From Lachnospiraceae bacterium (GTDB lineage Bacteria > Bacillota > Clostridia > Lachnospirales > Lachnospiraceae), in assembly GCA_045112915.1 (NCBI GenBank), contig JBGUIK010000058.1:4525-68524 (forward strand): 64,000 nt of DNA, given 5' to 3'. The position numbers and the translations under genes are program-made. This document shows, in pieces, positions 18,035 through 27,596 of this stretch (position 1 is its first letter; the number at the start of each line of letters is the position of its first letter). The notes beneath the pieces were generated by a model that ran no database searches, was not told the origin of the DNA, and saw only the letters and a list, made by a program, of their open reading frames with translations.

Positions 18035-19324
18035 ATGAAGAGAAACATCAAGAAAGTCGTAACAACAGTGGTCGCGGCTGTTCTGACAGCAGGCCTTATG
18101 GCAGGCTGCGGAGGAGGCGGTGCTTCCGGCGGATCATCGGACAGCGGTACAAACATCACAGTCTTCAACTCAAAGATGGAGATCCAGAGCCAGCTTGAGG
18201 AGAAGGCAGCGGAGTATTCCGAGGAGAAGGGAGTAGGCGTTGAAGTTTACTACTCCAGCGACACCGTAGCAGCTCATCTTGCAACCAGATATTCTTCCAA
18301 CGAGCCGTATACTCTTTCCATGGTCGATGCCAAGGACATCTACTCACTCGCGGAAGAGCACGCAGTGGACCTTACCGGCGAGGAATGGGTAGCTAACACA
18401 ACACAGGCTATCTCTATCGGTGACAAGGTTTACGGATTCCCGGTCTGTATCGAAGCCCGCGGCATCATCTACAACGCTGACGCGATTGAAGCTGCTACCG
18501 GTGAAGCTTTCGATCCGAAGTCCATCAAGACAACAGAAGACTTCCAGGCCATCATCGACAAGCTCATCGCAGGCGGCATGGCAGCTCCGACAGGCGTCAT
18601 GAAAGAGGACTGGTCTCTGGCAGCTCACTTCCTTGCTGAGGTCTATGAGCAGCATGATGACCCGGATGCATTCATCGCAGGTATCCAGGATGGATCTATC
18701 AAGCTTATCGACGATGAGAAGTTCAACGCTCTGATGGATACATTTGATGTTCTTAAAGACAACAACTACGCTAAGGATGCTGCTATCTCCGCAGAGCGCG
18801 AGATCACAGAGCAGAAGCTGGCTGAAGGCGAGATCGCTTTCATGTACGGCGGCAACTGGGACTGGGCTGTCATCAATGCATATGATTACTCAGAGAACAT
18901 GGGCATGATGCCGGTTCCGAACAACAGCGGCGACGGAACAAATGAGAAGCTGGTCGGCGGCGGATCAAAGTATTTCTTCATCGATTCGTCCGACAAGACA
19001 ACTCCGGAGCAGGTCCAGGCAGCTAAGGACTTCCTTAACTGGCTCGCAAATGACGAAGAAGGCCAGGCTTTCCTTGTCAATGACTGCGCTCTTGTTCCTG
19101 CATACTCCAATAACGAGCTTCCGGTAGCGGATCCGCTCGGCAAATCTGTCAAGGAATACACCGACGCAGATGCTCTGATTGCAAACTACAATTACCTTCC
19201 GGATGATCACTATTCAGTATGCGGCGCTTCTATGCAGAAGTATCTCGCAGGCGAAATCGATCGTGCAGGTCTGGCTGATGAGATCACAAAGTACTGGTCA
19301 ACAGCACAGGTAGGCGCTCACTGA
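18035..19324 (+). CDS. Carbohydrate ABC transporter substrate-binding lipoprotein
   Basis: Signal peptide with lipobox LMAGC; SBP_bac_1-like sequence. Confidence 0.93.
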   Translation: MKRNIKKVVTTVVAAVLTAGLMAGCGGGGASGGSSDSGTNITVFNSKMEIQSQLEEKAAEYSEEKGVGVEVYYSSDTVAAHLATRYSSNEPYTLSMVDAKDIYSLAEEHAVDLTGEEWVANTTQAISIGDKVYGFPVCIEARGIIYNADAIEAATGEAFDPKSIKTTEDFQAIIDKLIAGGMAAPTGVMKEDWSLAAHFLAEVYEQHDDPDAFIAGIQDGSIKLIDDEKFNALMDTFDVLKDNNYAKDAAISAEREITEQKLAEGEIAFMYGGNWDWAVINAYDYSENMGMMPVPNNSGDGTNEKLVGGGSKYFFIDSSDKTTPEQVQAAKDFLNWLANDEEGQAFLVNDCALVPAYSNNELPVADPLGKSVKEYTDADALIANYNYLPDDHYSVCGASMQKYLAGEIDRAGLADEITKYWSTAQVGAH

Positions 19325-19410
19325 TTCTATAATAAGGGCAAATCCAAACAATAACATGCAGGGATCCCGGATCTCCGGCGATCCCTGTGTGCTACTTAGA
19401 GGAGGATTCA

Positions 19411-20289
19411 ATGAATAAAAATACGCTCTCCTATAAGGTGAAGCAGTTCCTGATGTTCGCGGGACCTGCGGCTGTCCTTTTCTGCGCGGTCGTCATCATA
19501 CCGTTTGTATATGGTATTTACCTGACATTTACGAGCTGGGACGGCATCTCAAAGACAAAGCCGTTAGTGGGTGGTGCCAACTACGCTGCGGCATTTGCTG
19601 ACACAGACTACTGGCATGCGCTCGGACGCACAGCCATCTATTCTATTTTCGCGGTCATATTGATCAATATTATTGCGTTCTTCCTGGCATATCTTGTCAC
19701 CAGCGGTGTCAAGGGACAGAACTTCTTCCGCGCAGGTTTCTTCATCCCGAACCTGATCGGCGGTATCGTCCTCGGTTATGTCTGGAAATTCGTTTTTAAC
19801 CGTGCCTTTGTTGCGGTTGCGAGCGCAATCTCACGCGGCAACGCTTCATCCCTGCTTGCAACATCGGGAGGAGCTATGTTCTGCCTCATCCTGGTTGCCG
19901 TCTGGCAGTACGCAGGCTACATGATGCTTATCTACGTCGCCGGTTTCATGAGTGTCTCAGACGCGCTCAAGGAAGCAGCTCTGATCGATGGATGTACACC
20001 GGCACAGGCCATGTGGAATGTCACGATTCCGCTTATGCGCGCGTCTTTTGTACAGTGTATATTCCTGTCCATCACAAGATGCTTCGTCGTGTACGATGTT
20101 AACCTGTCCTTGACCAACGGCGAACCGTACGGATCATCCGTCATGGCCGCTATGCACGTCTACAGGCAGGCTTTCACGTACAAGAATTATGGTCTCGGTC
20201 AGGCCGAGGCTCTGATCCTGTTCGTGATCTGCGCCGTTGTCGGTATCACGCAGGTCTACATCGGTAAGAAAGGGGAGGTGGCCGCATAA
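19411..20289 (+). CDS. Carbohydrate ABC transporter permease
   Basis: Six TM helices, EAALIDG motif. Confidence 0.94.
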   Translation: MNKNTLSYKVKQFLMFAGPAAVLFCAVVIIPFVYGIYLTFTSWDGISKTKPLVGGANYAAAFADTDYWHALGRTAIYSIFAVILINIIAFFLAYLVTSGVKGQNFFRAGFFIPNLIGGIVLGYVWKFVFNRAFVAVASAISRGNASSLLATSGGAMFCLILVAVWQYAGYMMLIYVAGFMSVSDALKEAALIDGCTPAQAMWNVTIPLMRASFVQCIFLSITRCFVVYDVNLSLTNGEPYGSSVMAAMHVYRQAFTYKNYGLGQAEALILFVICAVVGITQVYIGKKGEVAA

Positions 20290-21152
20290 TGACTGATAAT
20301 GAAAAAGCCGCAAGAAAAAAGAAGATAATGCATGCAGTCATGTGGGTCGTGCTGCTCCTTCTGTTCCTCTGCTTCGTTGCGCCGTTTATTCTTGTCGTTA
20401 TCAACGTTTTTAAGACCAAGGCGGATATCACTTCCAATCCGCTCGCCCTGATCGGCAAGCACGGCTTCACGATGAAGAACTTCCCGGAAGCAATGAAGAA
20501 AATGAATTTCTGGCGTGTTTTCGGCAACTCAGCCATCATAACGATTACGTCAACGATCCTGACGATTCTCGTTTCCTCCATGGCTTCATTTGTCATTGTC
20601 AGAAATCAGAAATGGCCGGCATGCGCGCTGATGTTCTCAGCGATGGTCGCTTCCATGGTCATTCCTTTCCAGGTCCTCATGGTTCCCCTCGTATCCGTAT
20701 ACGGCGGAACATTCGGCGTCCTGAACCACAGACTCACACTGATCCTGATGCACGTCGGTTTCTCGGTGTCGATGGCGACATTCATGTTTCACGGATCTAT
20801 TCACACGAATATTCCTCTGGAACTCGAGGAAGCCGCTCTGATCGACGGCTGTACGCGCTGGCAGACATACTGGCAGATCGTATTCCCGCTTCTTAAGCCC
20901 ACGATCGCAACTGTAGCGATTATCGACGCTATGGCGTTCTGGAACGATTACCTCCTTCCCAGCCTTGTGCTCACCAAGAAGGAGCTCTACACGATCCCGA
21001 TCGCGACCCAGGCTTTCTACGGAACATACTCCACGGATATCGGTCTGGTCATGGCAGCCCTGCTTCTCGCTATGCTGCCGATCCTGATCCTCTATGTCTT
21101 CCTGCAGCGCTACATCGTTGAAGGTGTCACATCCGGTGCCGTTAAGGGCTGA
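20289..21152 (+). CDS. Carbohydrate ABC transporter permease
   Basis: ELEEAALIDG motif, WNDYLLP. Confidence 0.94.
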   Translation: MTDNEKAARKKKIMHAVMWVVLLLLFLCFVAPFILVVINVFKTKADITSNPLALIGKHGFTMKNFPEAMKKMNFWRVFGNSAIITITSTILTILVSSMASFVIVRNQKWPACALMFSAMVASMVIPFQVLMVPLVSVYGGTFGVLNHRLTLILMHVGFSVSMATFMFHGSIHTNIPLELEEAALIDGCTRWQTYWQIVFPLLKPTIATVAIIDAMAFWNDYLLPSLVLTKKELYTIPIATQAFYGTYSTDIGLVMAALLLAMLPILILYVFLQRYIVEGVTSGAVKG

Positions 21153-21173
21153 TGTGTGTTTGCATAATGTTTT

Positions 21174-21201
21174 GAGAGACCGCTTCGGCGGTCTCTTTTT
21201 T
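21174..21201 (+). terminator. Intrinsic terminator
   Basis: GAGACCGC-TTCG-GCGGTCTC followed by TTTTTT. Confidence 0.85.
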
Positions 21202-21480
21202 GGCTCACCGGCATTATGCGACAACATTGAGATCATTGGCGTCAAACGTGGCATCAGCATGAATTAGACAGTATAATAAAAGAGAAATAAAACTATGAAG
21301 ACAAAGCAAGCGATCCGTCCGGATCCTCCCTGATGACCGTTCATCATAACAGCAGCGGACGTGTGAAATTGGCATCTCCCCATCATACCAGGCAATACTG
21401 CTTTGAAGGACATGGTCGCAAGGCGATACTCTTCGGAAGTTTTAGCAATCATCTATTTGTAATCATAAGGAGGACATCTC

Positions 21481-23061
21481 ATGGCACTCATAAGTATTAT
21501 TCAGGATTTTCATCCGCTCAATAACGCGAAACTCCTTGATACGGCTGAAAAGCTGCGTCCGATCCTGCACCACCAGATCGTGGAGCCGGTCGGAGCCTTC
21601 GTTTTGAAGGACAGATACAGCCCGGAGGCTGAGGAAATAGAAATGCACCGTGTTCATCACCTTGCTATGGGAAAGGGAGAGAACCTGTGCCTTGATTTCG
21701 GTACGCATGTGGTAGGGAATGTTACCCTTGAGTTCACTTACACCGGAAGCCATCCGGACGCGCCTGCCTATCTGAAGCTGAAATTTGCAGAAACATATAA
21801 AGAGCTGGCGGAAAACTCCGAGGACTACAGCGGCTGGATCTCACGGAGCTGGATCCAGGAGGAATACATCCACGTCGACGTGCTTCCCGCCGTGGTGGAG
21901 CTTCCGAGGCGGCACGCGTTTAGATATCTGAAGATCACGACGATGGATACGTCCGTCAAATATAAGCTTGTCGTCCGCAATGCCGAGTGCAAGACAGTGA
22001 CTTCCGCTGACATGCGGAAGCTGACTCCCTGTACACATCCGGACCCGTTTCTTCAGAAAATGGATGAGATCAGTCTGCGGACTCTGAAAAACTGCATGCA
22101 GGACGTCTTTGAGGATGGTCCGAAGCGCGACCAGCGCCTCTGGATGGGTGACCTGCGTCTTCAGGCACTGGCAAATTACTGCACGTTCCGCAACTATGAC
22201 CTCGTCCGCAGGTGCCTGTATCTCTTTGCCGGCAGCCGGTTCCCGGACGGAAGAATAGCGGCCTGCCTGTTCACTAAACCCACGGTCGAGGCCGACGATA
22301 CCTGGCTTTTCGACTATTCGCTGTTTTTTGTCGTCGCTCTCGAGGAATATATGCAGCAGACGAACGATGAGGATACGCTGAAAGACCTCTACGACATCGC
22401 GATGCAGCAGATCGAGATAACTCTTCGCTATCTTGAGTTTGACGGAACTATTGAAAAGCAAAGGGCTGCAAATGCATTCCTTGACTGGAACGAGGAAATG
22501 GACAAGAGCGCAGGGGCACTCGCGGTCCTGATTTATGCGCTGCGCTATGCGAGAAGACTTGCGAGAAGAAAGAATGACTGGTCTCAGTCATCATGGCTTG
22601 ATGAACAACTTGAAAGACTGAAGAGAGTAGCCAGAACGGCTTATTATGATGAAGAAAGGAAATGCTTTGTCTCCGGCGGTGAGGCATCTGTTATCACACA
22701 GACCTGGATGGTGCTTGCCGATGTCCTGCATCCGGATGAGGCCAGAGCACTGATGGATCGGTCGGAGGAGTTTTTCGACTGCTTCCCGATGAAGACTCCC
22801 TATATGCATCACTATTATGTGAGCGCGCTGCTTCGCGTCGGTCTTAAGGAGAAAGCACTCGATCATATGAAGGCCTACTGGGGAAGCATGATGGAGGCCG
22901 GTGCCGATACATTCTGGGAAGCCTGGGATCCGGAGCATCCGGATGACTCCCCCTACGGCGGTGCTATCATCAACAGCTACTGCCATGCGTGGAGCTGTAC
23001 GCCGACATACCTGATCCGCAGCTGGTTCACCGGGGAAAAGCATTCAGATGATCGTCTTTAA
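21481..23061 (+). CDS. GH78-like (alpha-L-rhamnosidase-type, six-hairpin) glycoside hydrolase
   Basis: LDFGTHVVG, FRYLKI, DGPKRDQRLWMGD, GADTFWEAW, SYCHAWS motifs. Confidence 0.85.
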   Translation: MALISIIQDFHPLNNAKLLDTAEKLRPILHHQIVEPVGAFVLKDRYSPEAEEIEMHRVHHLAMGKGENLCLDFGTHVVGNVTLEFTYTGSHPDAPAYLKLKFAETYKELAENSEDYSGWISRSWIQEEYIHVDVLPAVVELPRRHAFRYLKITTMDTSVKYKLVVRNAECKTVTSADMRKLTPCTHPDPFLQKMDEISLRTLKNCMQDVFEDGPKRDQRLWMGDLRLQALANYCTFRNYDLVRRCLYLFAGSRFPDGRIAACLFTKPTVEADDTWLFDYSLFFVVALEEYMQQTNDEDTLKDLYDIAMQQIEITLRYLEFDGTIEKQRAANAFLDWNEEMDKSAGALAVLIYALRYARRLARRKNDWSQSSWLDEQLERLKRVARTAYYDEERKCFVSGGEASVITQTWMVLADVLHPDEARALMDRSEEFFDCFPMKTPYMHHYYVSALLRVGLKEKALDHMKAYWGSMMEAGADTFWEAWDPEHPDDSPYGGAIINSYCHAWSCTPTYLIRSWFTGEKHSDDRL

Positions 23062-23105
23062 AATATGATTGAGCCCATCACCTTTGCGCTGGGATCTCAG
23101 CCTCC

Positions 23106-23144
23106 AAAACTAAAGCGGCCCGTCCATTTAATTGGACGGGCTGC
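23106..23144. terminator. Hairpin terminator downstream of the GH78-like gene
   Basis: GCGGCCCGTCCA-TTTAAT-TGGACGGGCTGC with an A-run on the left (U-tail on the minus strand). Confidence 0.65.
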
Positions 23145-23468
23145 TCTTACGCCGGGCAAGGGGTTTTTCGCTCGGGTGCGTAAGCAAAGTTAGTTGAATA
23201 ATTATTGTAGCCGGGCACTTCCGAAAAACCGGGTGGTTCCTGATGCCGATATATACATCTATGTATGTGATATTCTTTTGAAACCACTATTATAATACTC
23301 TTTAAGGTCTTTATATTTCAAGGTATTATGTAAAATTCATTGTACAAAATTGGAAACAGTTTGTCACATATAATAGTGTGCAAAAAATTTGTCTGCAATA
23401 TAAATGAAAAAGTCCCTCCGCATCGTGCCGCATAACGCAGCCGCGAAACGGAGGGAACTTTATGAACC

Positions 23469-24560
23469 TCAGGAGAGGGCAAGGTCACCTGCCTTGACCC
23501 ATCCGATGCGGCCGAGCGCAGCGTTGATGAGCGGGCAGAGGATCGCCGGCAGAATGAAGCTGATCATAATCAGACCGATCCAGTCGGAAGCTGTGATGGC
23601 AGTCTTTGTGCCCTGTGCAATATCATTGAGCCAGCCTGTATAGACGCCGATCTGACCGACCAGACCGCAGGTCCCCATGCCGGAGCTGACCGCCGCGCCG
23701 TTCATCTGAAGATGGAAAACACAGGTGGCGATCGGACCGGTGATCATACTTGTGATGCAGGGAGCGATCCAGATGCGGGGGTTCTTGACGATATTGCCCA
23801 TCTGCAGCATGGATGTGCCGATTCCCTGGGAGACGAGACCGCCCCATTTGTTCTCGGGGAAGGACATGACTGCGAATCCGACCATCTGCGCGCAGCATCC
23901 TGCAACGGCAGCGCCGCCCGCGAGGCCGGTAAGGCCGAGGGCTGCGCAGATAGCAGCCGAGGAAATCGGCAGAGTCAGGGCTACGCCGACGACAAGAGAT
24001 ACCAGCATGCCCATGAGGAACGGCTGCAGCTCTGTTGCCCACATGATGAAATCGCCTACATGCATTGCGGCTGTGCCGAGGGCGGGAGCCCACCATGCGG
24101 AGAGCGCGACACCCACTCCGATGGTCACGAGCGGGGTGACAAGAATATCTACTCTTGTCTCCTTTGAGACCATTTTGCCGATTTCCGATGCGATGATGGC
24201 GATGAAGAGGACTGCCAGCGGACCGCCGGCACCGCCGAGGGCGTTGGAGGCGAATCCGACTGTGATCAGTGAGAACAGAACGAGCGGCGGACAGTGGAGG
24301 GCAGATCCGATGGAGACTGCCATTGCGGGACCGCTCATTGCTGTAGCCAGACCGCCTACTGTATATTCAGCTCCTGCTACGGTTGCTACCGGAGTCGTGA
24401 GGAAACCAATGTGGAACTGAGAACCGATCGTGTTGATGATGGTCCCGATGAGCAATGAGCAGAAGAGACCCTGTGCCATTGCGCCGAGCGCGTCGATCAG
24501 GTAGCGTTTGACAGAGATCTCAATGTCCTTGCGCTTAAGGAATGCTTTGAGTTTATCCAT
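23469..24560 (-). CDS. Orphan PTS EIIC-like membrane protein (PfoR family)
   Basis: LGAMAQGLFCSLLIGTI, TLPISSAAI, GIGTSMLQ, GMGTCGLVG motifs. Confidence 0.88.
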   Translation of the reverse strand: MDKLKAFLKRKDIEISVKRYLIDALGAMAQGLFCSLLIGTIINTIGSQFHIGFLTTPVATVAGAEYTVGGLATAMSGPAMAVSIGSALHCPPLVLFSLITVGFASNALGGAGGPLAVLFIAIIASEIGKMVSKETRVDILVTPLVTIGVGVALSAWWAPALGTAAMHVGDFIMWATELQPFLMGMLVSLVVGVALTLPISSAAICAALGLTGLAGGAAVAGCCAQMVGFAVMSFPENKWGGLVSQGIGTSMLQMGNIVKNPRIWIAPCITSMITGPIATCVFHLQMNGAAVSSGMGTCGLVGQIGVYTGWLNDIAQGTKTAITASDWIGLIMISFILPAILCPLINAALGRIGWVKAGDLALS

Positions 24561-24764
24561 GATCAGTTTCCTCCTTTTTAGAAAACAGACGTATTGTTCT
24601 GTGCTTTTACCCTGCTTTTGTCAACAGATGTATTTACTACTGACAAGACACATGTATACACTAAAACACGCCGACTGTCAAGTGGTTTGAAAAAAGTCCG
24701 CTGTTTTCCACAAACGCAGGGTTGATCAAGGCATAATTTCGCATCTTTTCGATACAATGCTGCA

Positions 24765-24826
24765 GCAGTTCAGACAGGCTTATCTTGCGATTCGCTACCG
24801 GCAGCAAAGCATCCATCTTCGTGAGA
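24765..24826 (+). repeat. Dispersed repeat family A, partial copy
   Basis: CAGTTCAGACAGGCT arm plus core GGCAGCAAAGCATCCATCTTCGTGAGA. Confidence 0.75.
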
Positions 24827-24892
24827 TACGCACGCAAAGTGACAGAGGGGCGATCCTGTGGTATAATACCGGCAGTGAAGAGGAGTGATAGT

Positions 24893-25525
24893 ATGGATAA
24901 GAAAAAGCTTACATTGGAGGTCATAAAGCGACTTGCCGCGGAATACCCGGACGCGAACTGTACTTTGGATTATGACGAAGCCTGGAAGCTGCTTGTCAGC
25001 GTGCGGCTGGCAGCCCAGTGTACTGACGCCAGGGTCAATGTGATCGTCGAAGATTTGTATAAAAAGTACCCGGACGTGAATGCGCTTGCGGAAGCGACCC
25101 CTGAAGAGATCGAGGAGATTGTCCGCCCCTGCGGCCTTGGCAGGAGCAAAGCCAGGGATATCAGCGCCTGCATGAGGATTTTGCGGGATGAGTATCAGGG
25201 GAAGGTGCCGGATTCCTTTGATGAACTGCTGAAGCTGCCCGGTGTGGGGAGAAAGAGCGCCAATCTCATTATGGGAGACGTCTTCGGCAAGCCGGCCATA
25301 GTGACGGACACCCATTGCATACGGCTCTCGAACCGTATTGGTCTTGTTGACGGTATAAAGGATCCGAAGAAGGTCGAGATGGCCCTTTGGAAAATTGTAC
25401 CTCCGGAGGAGGGAAATGCTCTCTGTCACAGGTTCGTGCTGCACGGCAGGGAGGTGTGCACGGCAAGGACGAAACCGTACTGTGACAGGTGCTGCCTTTC
25501 TGACATCTGCGCTAAGAATATCTGA
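24893..25525 (+). CDS. nth: Endonuclease III
   Basis: RLAAQCTDARVN, HhH LPGVGRKSAN, VTDTH, Fe-S CTARTKPYCDRCCLSDIC. Confidence 0.96.
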   Translation: MDKKKLTLEVIKRLAAEYPDANCTLDYDEAWKLLVSVRLAAQCTDARVNVIVEDLYKKYPDVNALAEATPEEIEEIVRPCGLGRSKARDISACMRILRDEYQGKVPDSFDELLKLPGVGRKSANLIMGDVFGKPAIVTDTHCIRLSNRIGLVDGIKDPKKVEMALWKIVPPEEGNALCHRFVLHGREVCTARTKPYCDRCCLSDICAKNI

Positions 25526-25635
25526 TCCGGGTGAAAAAACGATCCGGGGAGCCGAAGATACGATTTCAGTTCAGAAATTCCCGCAGAGAGCACAGCGACG
25601 AGCGAACAGCAGAGGTCCCGGGAAGAATCAGACAT

Positions 25636-25715
25636 AAGAAAAAGAGACCCTTGCAGGTCTCTCTCTCTTATTCTTAATGAGGGGGGAGATAGTGAGTGGT
25701 TGTTTCTCTATCTGA
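25636..25715 (-). ncRNA. Candidate ~80-nt small RNA with a C-rich anti-Shine-Dalgarno segment
   Basis: -10 TATAGT (25726-25721); hairpin AGATAG/CTATCT; CCCCCCTC; terminator AGAGACC-GGTCTCT-TTTT. Confidence 0.55.
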
Positions 25716-25985
25716 TGAATACTATACAGGTTAAATGTGAAACGAATTTGTACGTGACCTGAAAAAAATATAAAATTTATAAAGTAAAAATAAAAATTTT
25801 GAGAGGAAATTCTAAAAAGCGGATTCAGCTGCTTTTTTTACATGCTTTTTATAGGCATGACCGGAAACATATGCGATAATGTGGAAGGCATCCTTGCGCC
25901 GCGCATGCCGCGGCAGGAACGCTGAGGCGTTTTTGAAACAGAAATACAGCCGCGCCGCGATGGTGCAGCATGAAAGAGGTATTTT

Positions 25986-26396
25986 ATGGATTTATTTCAG
26001 TCAGTAGGATTTATGCTTCTGTTTATCTCGGTCGTCATGATCATGGGAGGAATAAACTTCATCATCCAACCGATCTTTTTCTATAAAGTCAGGGATGAGG
26101 CAGTCTTCGAGAAGCCGGTCAGAAACAAAAAAGCCATAGGGAAAGAGACAGAGAGAAGACAGCTGCTGTTCAAGATAAAAGTCCACGGAGTGGAAGCGCC
26201 CGGAGTATCGGAGGATAAGTTCAGTGTCAAGGACGCGCAGGCATATGTGCCGGGAGAGACGTACACGATATGGAAGCACATTTATCACCCTGACACCTTC
26301 AGGATCAACAGATACAAGGGTGTCGGGAAGGCTATTTTGATGATTCCGGTCGGAGTCGTCTGCCTTGCGCTTACCGTACTTGCATTTGGAAGATGA
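25986..26396 (+). CDS. Hypothetical two-TM membrane protein (DUF3592-like layout)
   Basis: 136 aa, N- and C-terminal hydrophobic helices, GAGGT RBS. Confidence 0.75.
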   Translation: MDLFQSVGFMLLFISVVMIMGGINFIIQPIFFYKVRDEAVFEKPVRNKKAIGKETERRQLLFKIKVHGVEAPGVSEDKFSVKDAQAYVPGETYTIWKHIYHPDTFRINRYKGVGKAILMIPVGVVCLALTVLAFGR

Positions 26397-26442
26397 CCCT
26401 GCGCAGGATCTGCGGACGGTAAGCAGATGGTGAAACGGCAGA

Positions 26443-26565
26443 TTCAAGTCTCGCTCGCGGGATTTGGCGCCGGATTCGTGTCAGCAGTTCAAGTCTCGCT
26501 CGCAAGACTTGGCGCGGGATTCGGGTCAGCGTCAGCTGACTTCTTCCAAACCGAATCCCTGCGCA
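26443..26565 (+). repeat. Dispersed repeat family A/C: tandem ~45-bp units
   Basis: TTCAAGTCTCGCTCGC...GTCAGC occurs at 26443 and 26488; similar to 52480-52555, 31661 and, inverted, 27479-27529. Confidence 0.8.
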
Positions 26566-26578
26566 TCCTCGCGGAGCG

Positions 26579-26668
26579 TATATCTCAGTGGGGGATTGAC
26601 ACCCGCCACTGAGACTGGTTAGTTACCCACCGCCTAAAGAGGCGGGGGTCATCTCACACTGAGATATA
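26579..26668 (+). repeat. Structured repeat family D copy
   Basis: 12-bp perfect inverted ends TATATCTCAGTG/CACTGAGATATA enclosing TTACCCACCGCCTAAAGAGGCGGGGG; similar to 36738-36828. Confidence 0.75.
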
Positions 26669-26698
26669 ATTCAGTCAGATGGACAGTGACGAACGGAG

Positions 26699-27463
26699 GT
26701 GCATATGATCAATTATTCGGCAGACAAAGAAAAGCAGTATCACATTCAGACGGCCCCCGGTGAGGTCGGTGAGATCGTCATCCTTCCGGGCGATCCGAAG
26801 AGATGCGCAAAAATCGCAAAGTATTTTGACGATCCTCAATTCATTGCGGATAACAGGGAGTATATCACCTACACAGGCACGGTTGCGGGGAAAAGAGTTT
26901 CTGTCACGTCGACCGGCATCGGCGGACCATCCGCTGCCATCGCTCTCGAGGAGCTTATCAAATGCGGCGCGCATACATTTATCCGCGTAGGTACATGCGG
27001 CGGTATGCAGACGGACGTGAAGAGCGGCGATGTCATCGTAGCGACAGCGGCTGTGCGTATGGACGGCACAAGCCGCGAGTATGCTCCGATCGAGTATCCG
27101 GCGGCAGCGGATTTTGAGGTGACGTCCGCCCTTGTCCGTGCGGCGAAGACTCTCGGTGCCCCGTATCATGTCGGTGTCGTGCAGTGCAAGGACGCTTTCT
27201 ACGGACAGCATGAGCCGGAGAAGATGCCGGTATCCTATGAACTTATGAATAAGTGGGATGCCTGGGTCAGGATGGGGTGTCTCGGTTCAGAGATGGAAAG
27301 TTCGACTCTCTTTATTGCGGGTGCTGCCAGACATGTCCGCGTTGGCGCGATCATGCTGGTCATGGCCAATCAGGAGCGAGCAAAACTGGGACTCGAAAAC
27401 CCGGTAGTGCGCGATACTGACCTATGCATAAGGGTCGCGATAGAAGCGATAAAAGATCTGTAG
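26699..27463 (+). CDS. udp: Uridine phosphorylase
   Basis: [39 protein letters not shown]. Confidence 0.95.
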   Translation: MHMINYSADKEKQYHIQTAPGEVGEIVILPGDPKRCAKIAKYFDDPQFIADNREYITYTGTVAGKRVSVTSTGIGGPSAAIALEELIKCGAHTFIRVGTCGGMQTDVKSGDVIVATAAVRMDGTSREYAPIEYPAAADFEVTSALVRAAKTLGAPYHVGVVQCKDAFYGQHEPEKMPVSYELMNKWDAWVRMGCLGSEMESSTLFIAGAARHVRVGAIMLVMANQERAKLGLENPVVRDTDLCIRVAIEAIKDL

Positions 27464-27478
27464 AGGAATTTGAATTTC

Positions 27479-27529
27479 GTCAGCCTGCGCTGACCCGGTT
27501 CCGTGCCAGGCCCTGCGCGGAACCTGAAC
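27479..27529 (-). repeat. Family A/C copy, inverted
   Basis: Reverse complement GTTCAGGTTCCGCGCAGGGCCTGGCACGGAACCGGGTCAGCGCAGGCTGAC aligns with 26487-26540. Confidence 0.7.
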
Positions 27530-27596
27530 AACTCAGAAATTTGGGAAAATGCATGATCAGTCCGGAGATCATGGTTAGATATGAAAGGAGGAGATT

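Noticed and set aside
20637-21260. Long antisense/overlapping ORFs (also 21841-22461, 31977-32738, 42051-42725, 44146-44916, 49131-49940, 52918-53808, 61602-62588)
   Set aside because: They shadow well-conserved genes on the other strand, as expected at this GC content, and have no motifs or RBS.
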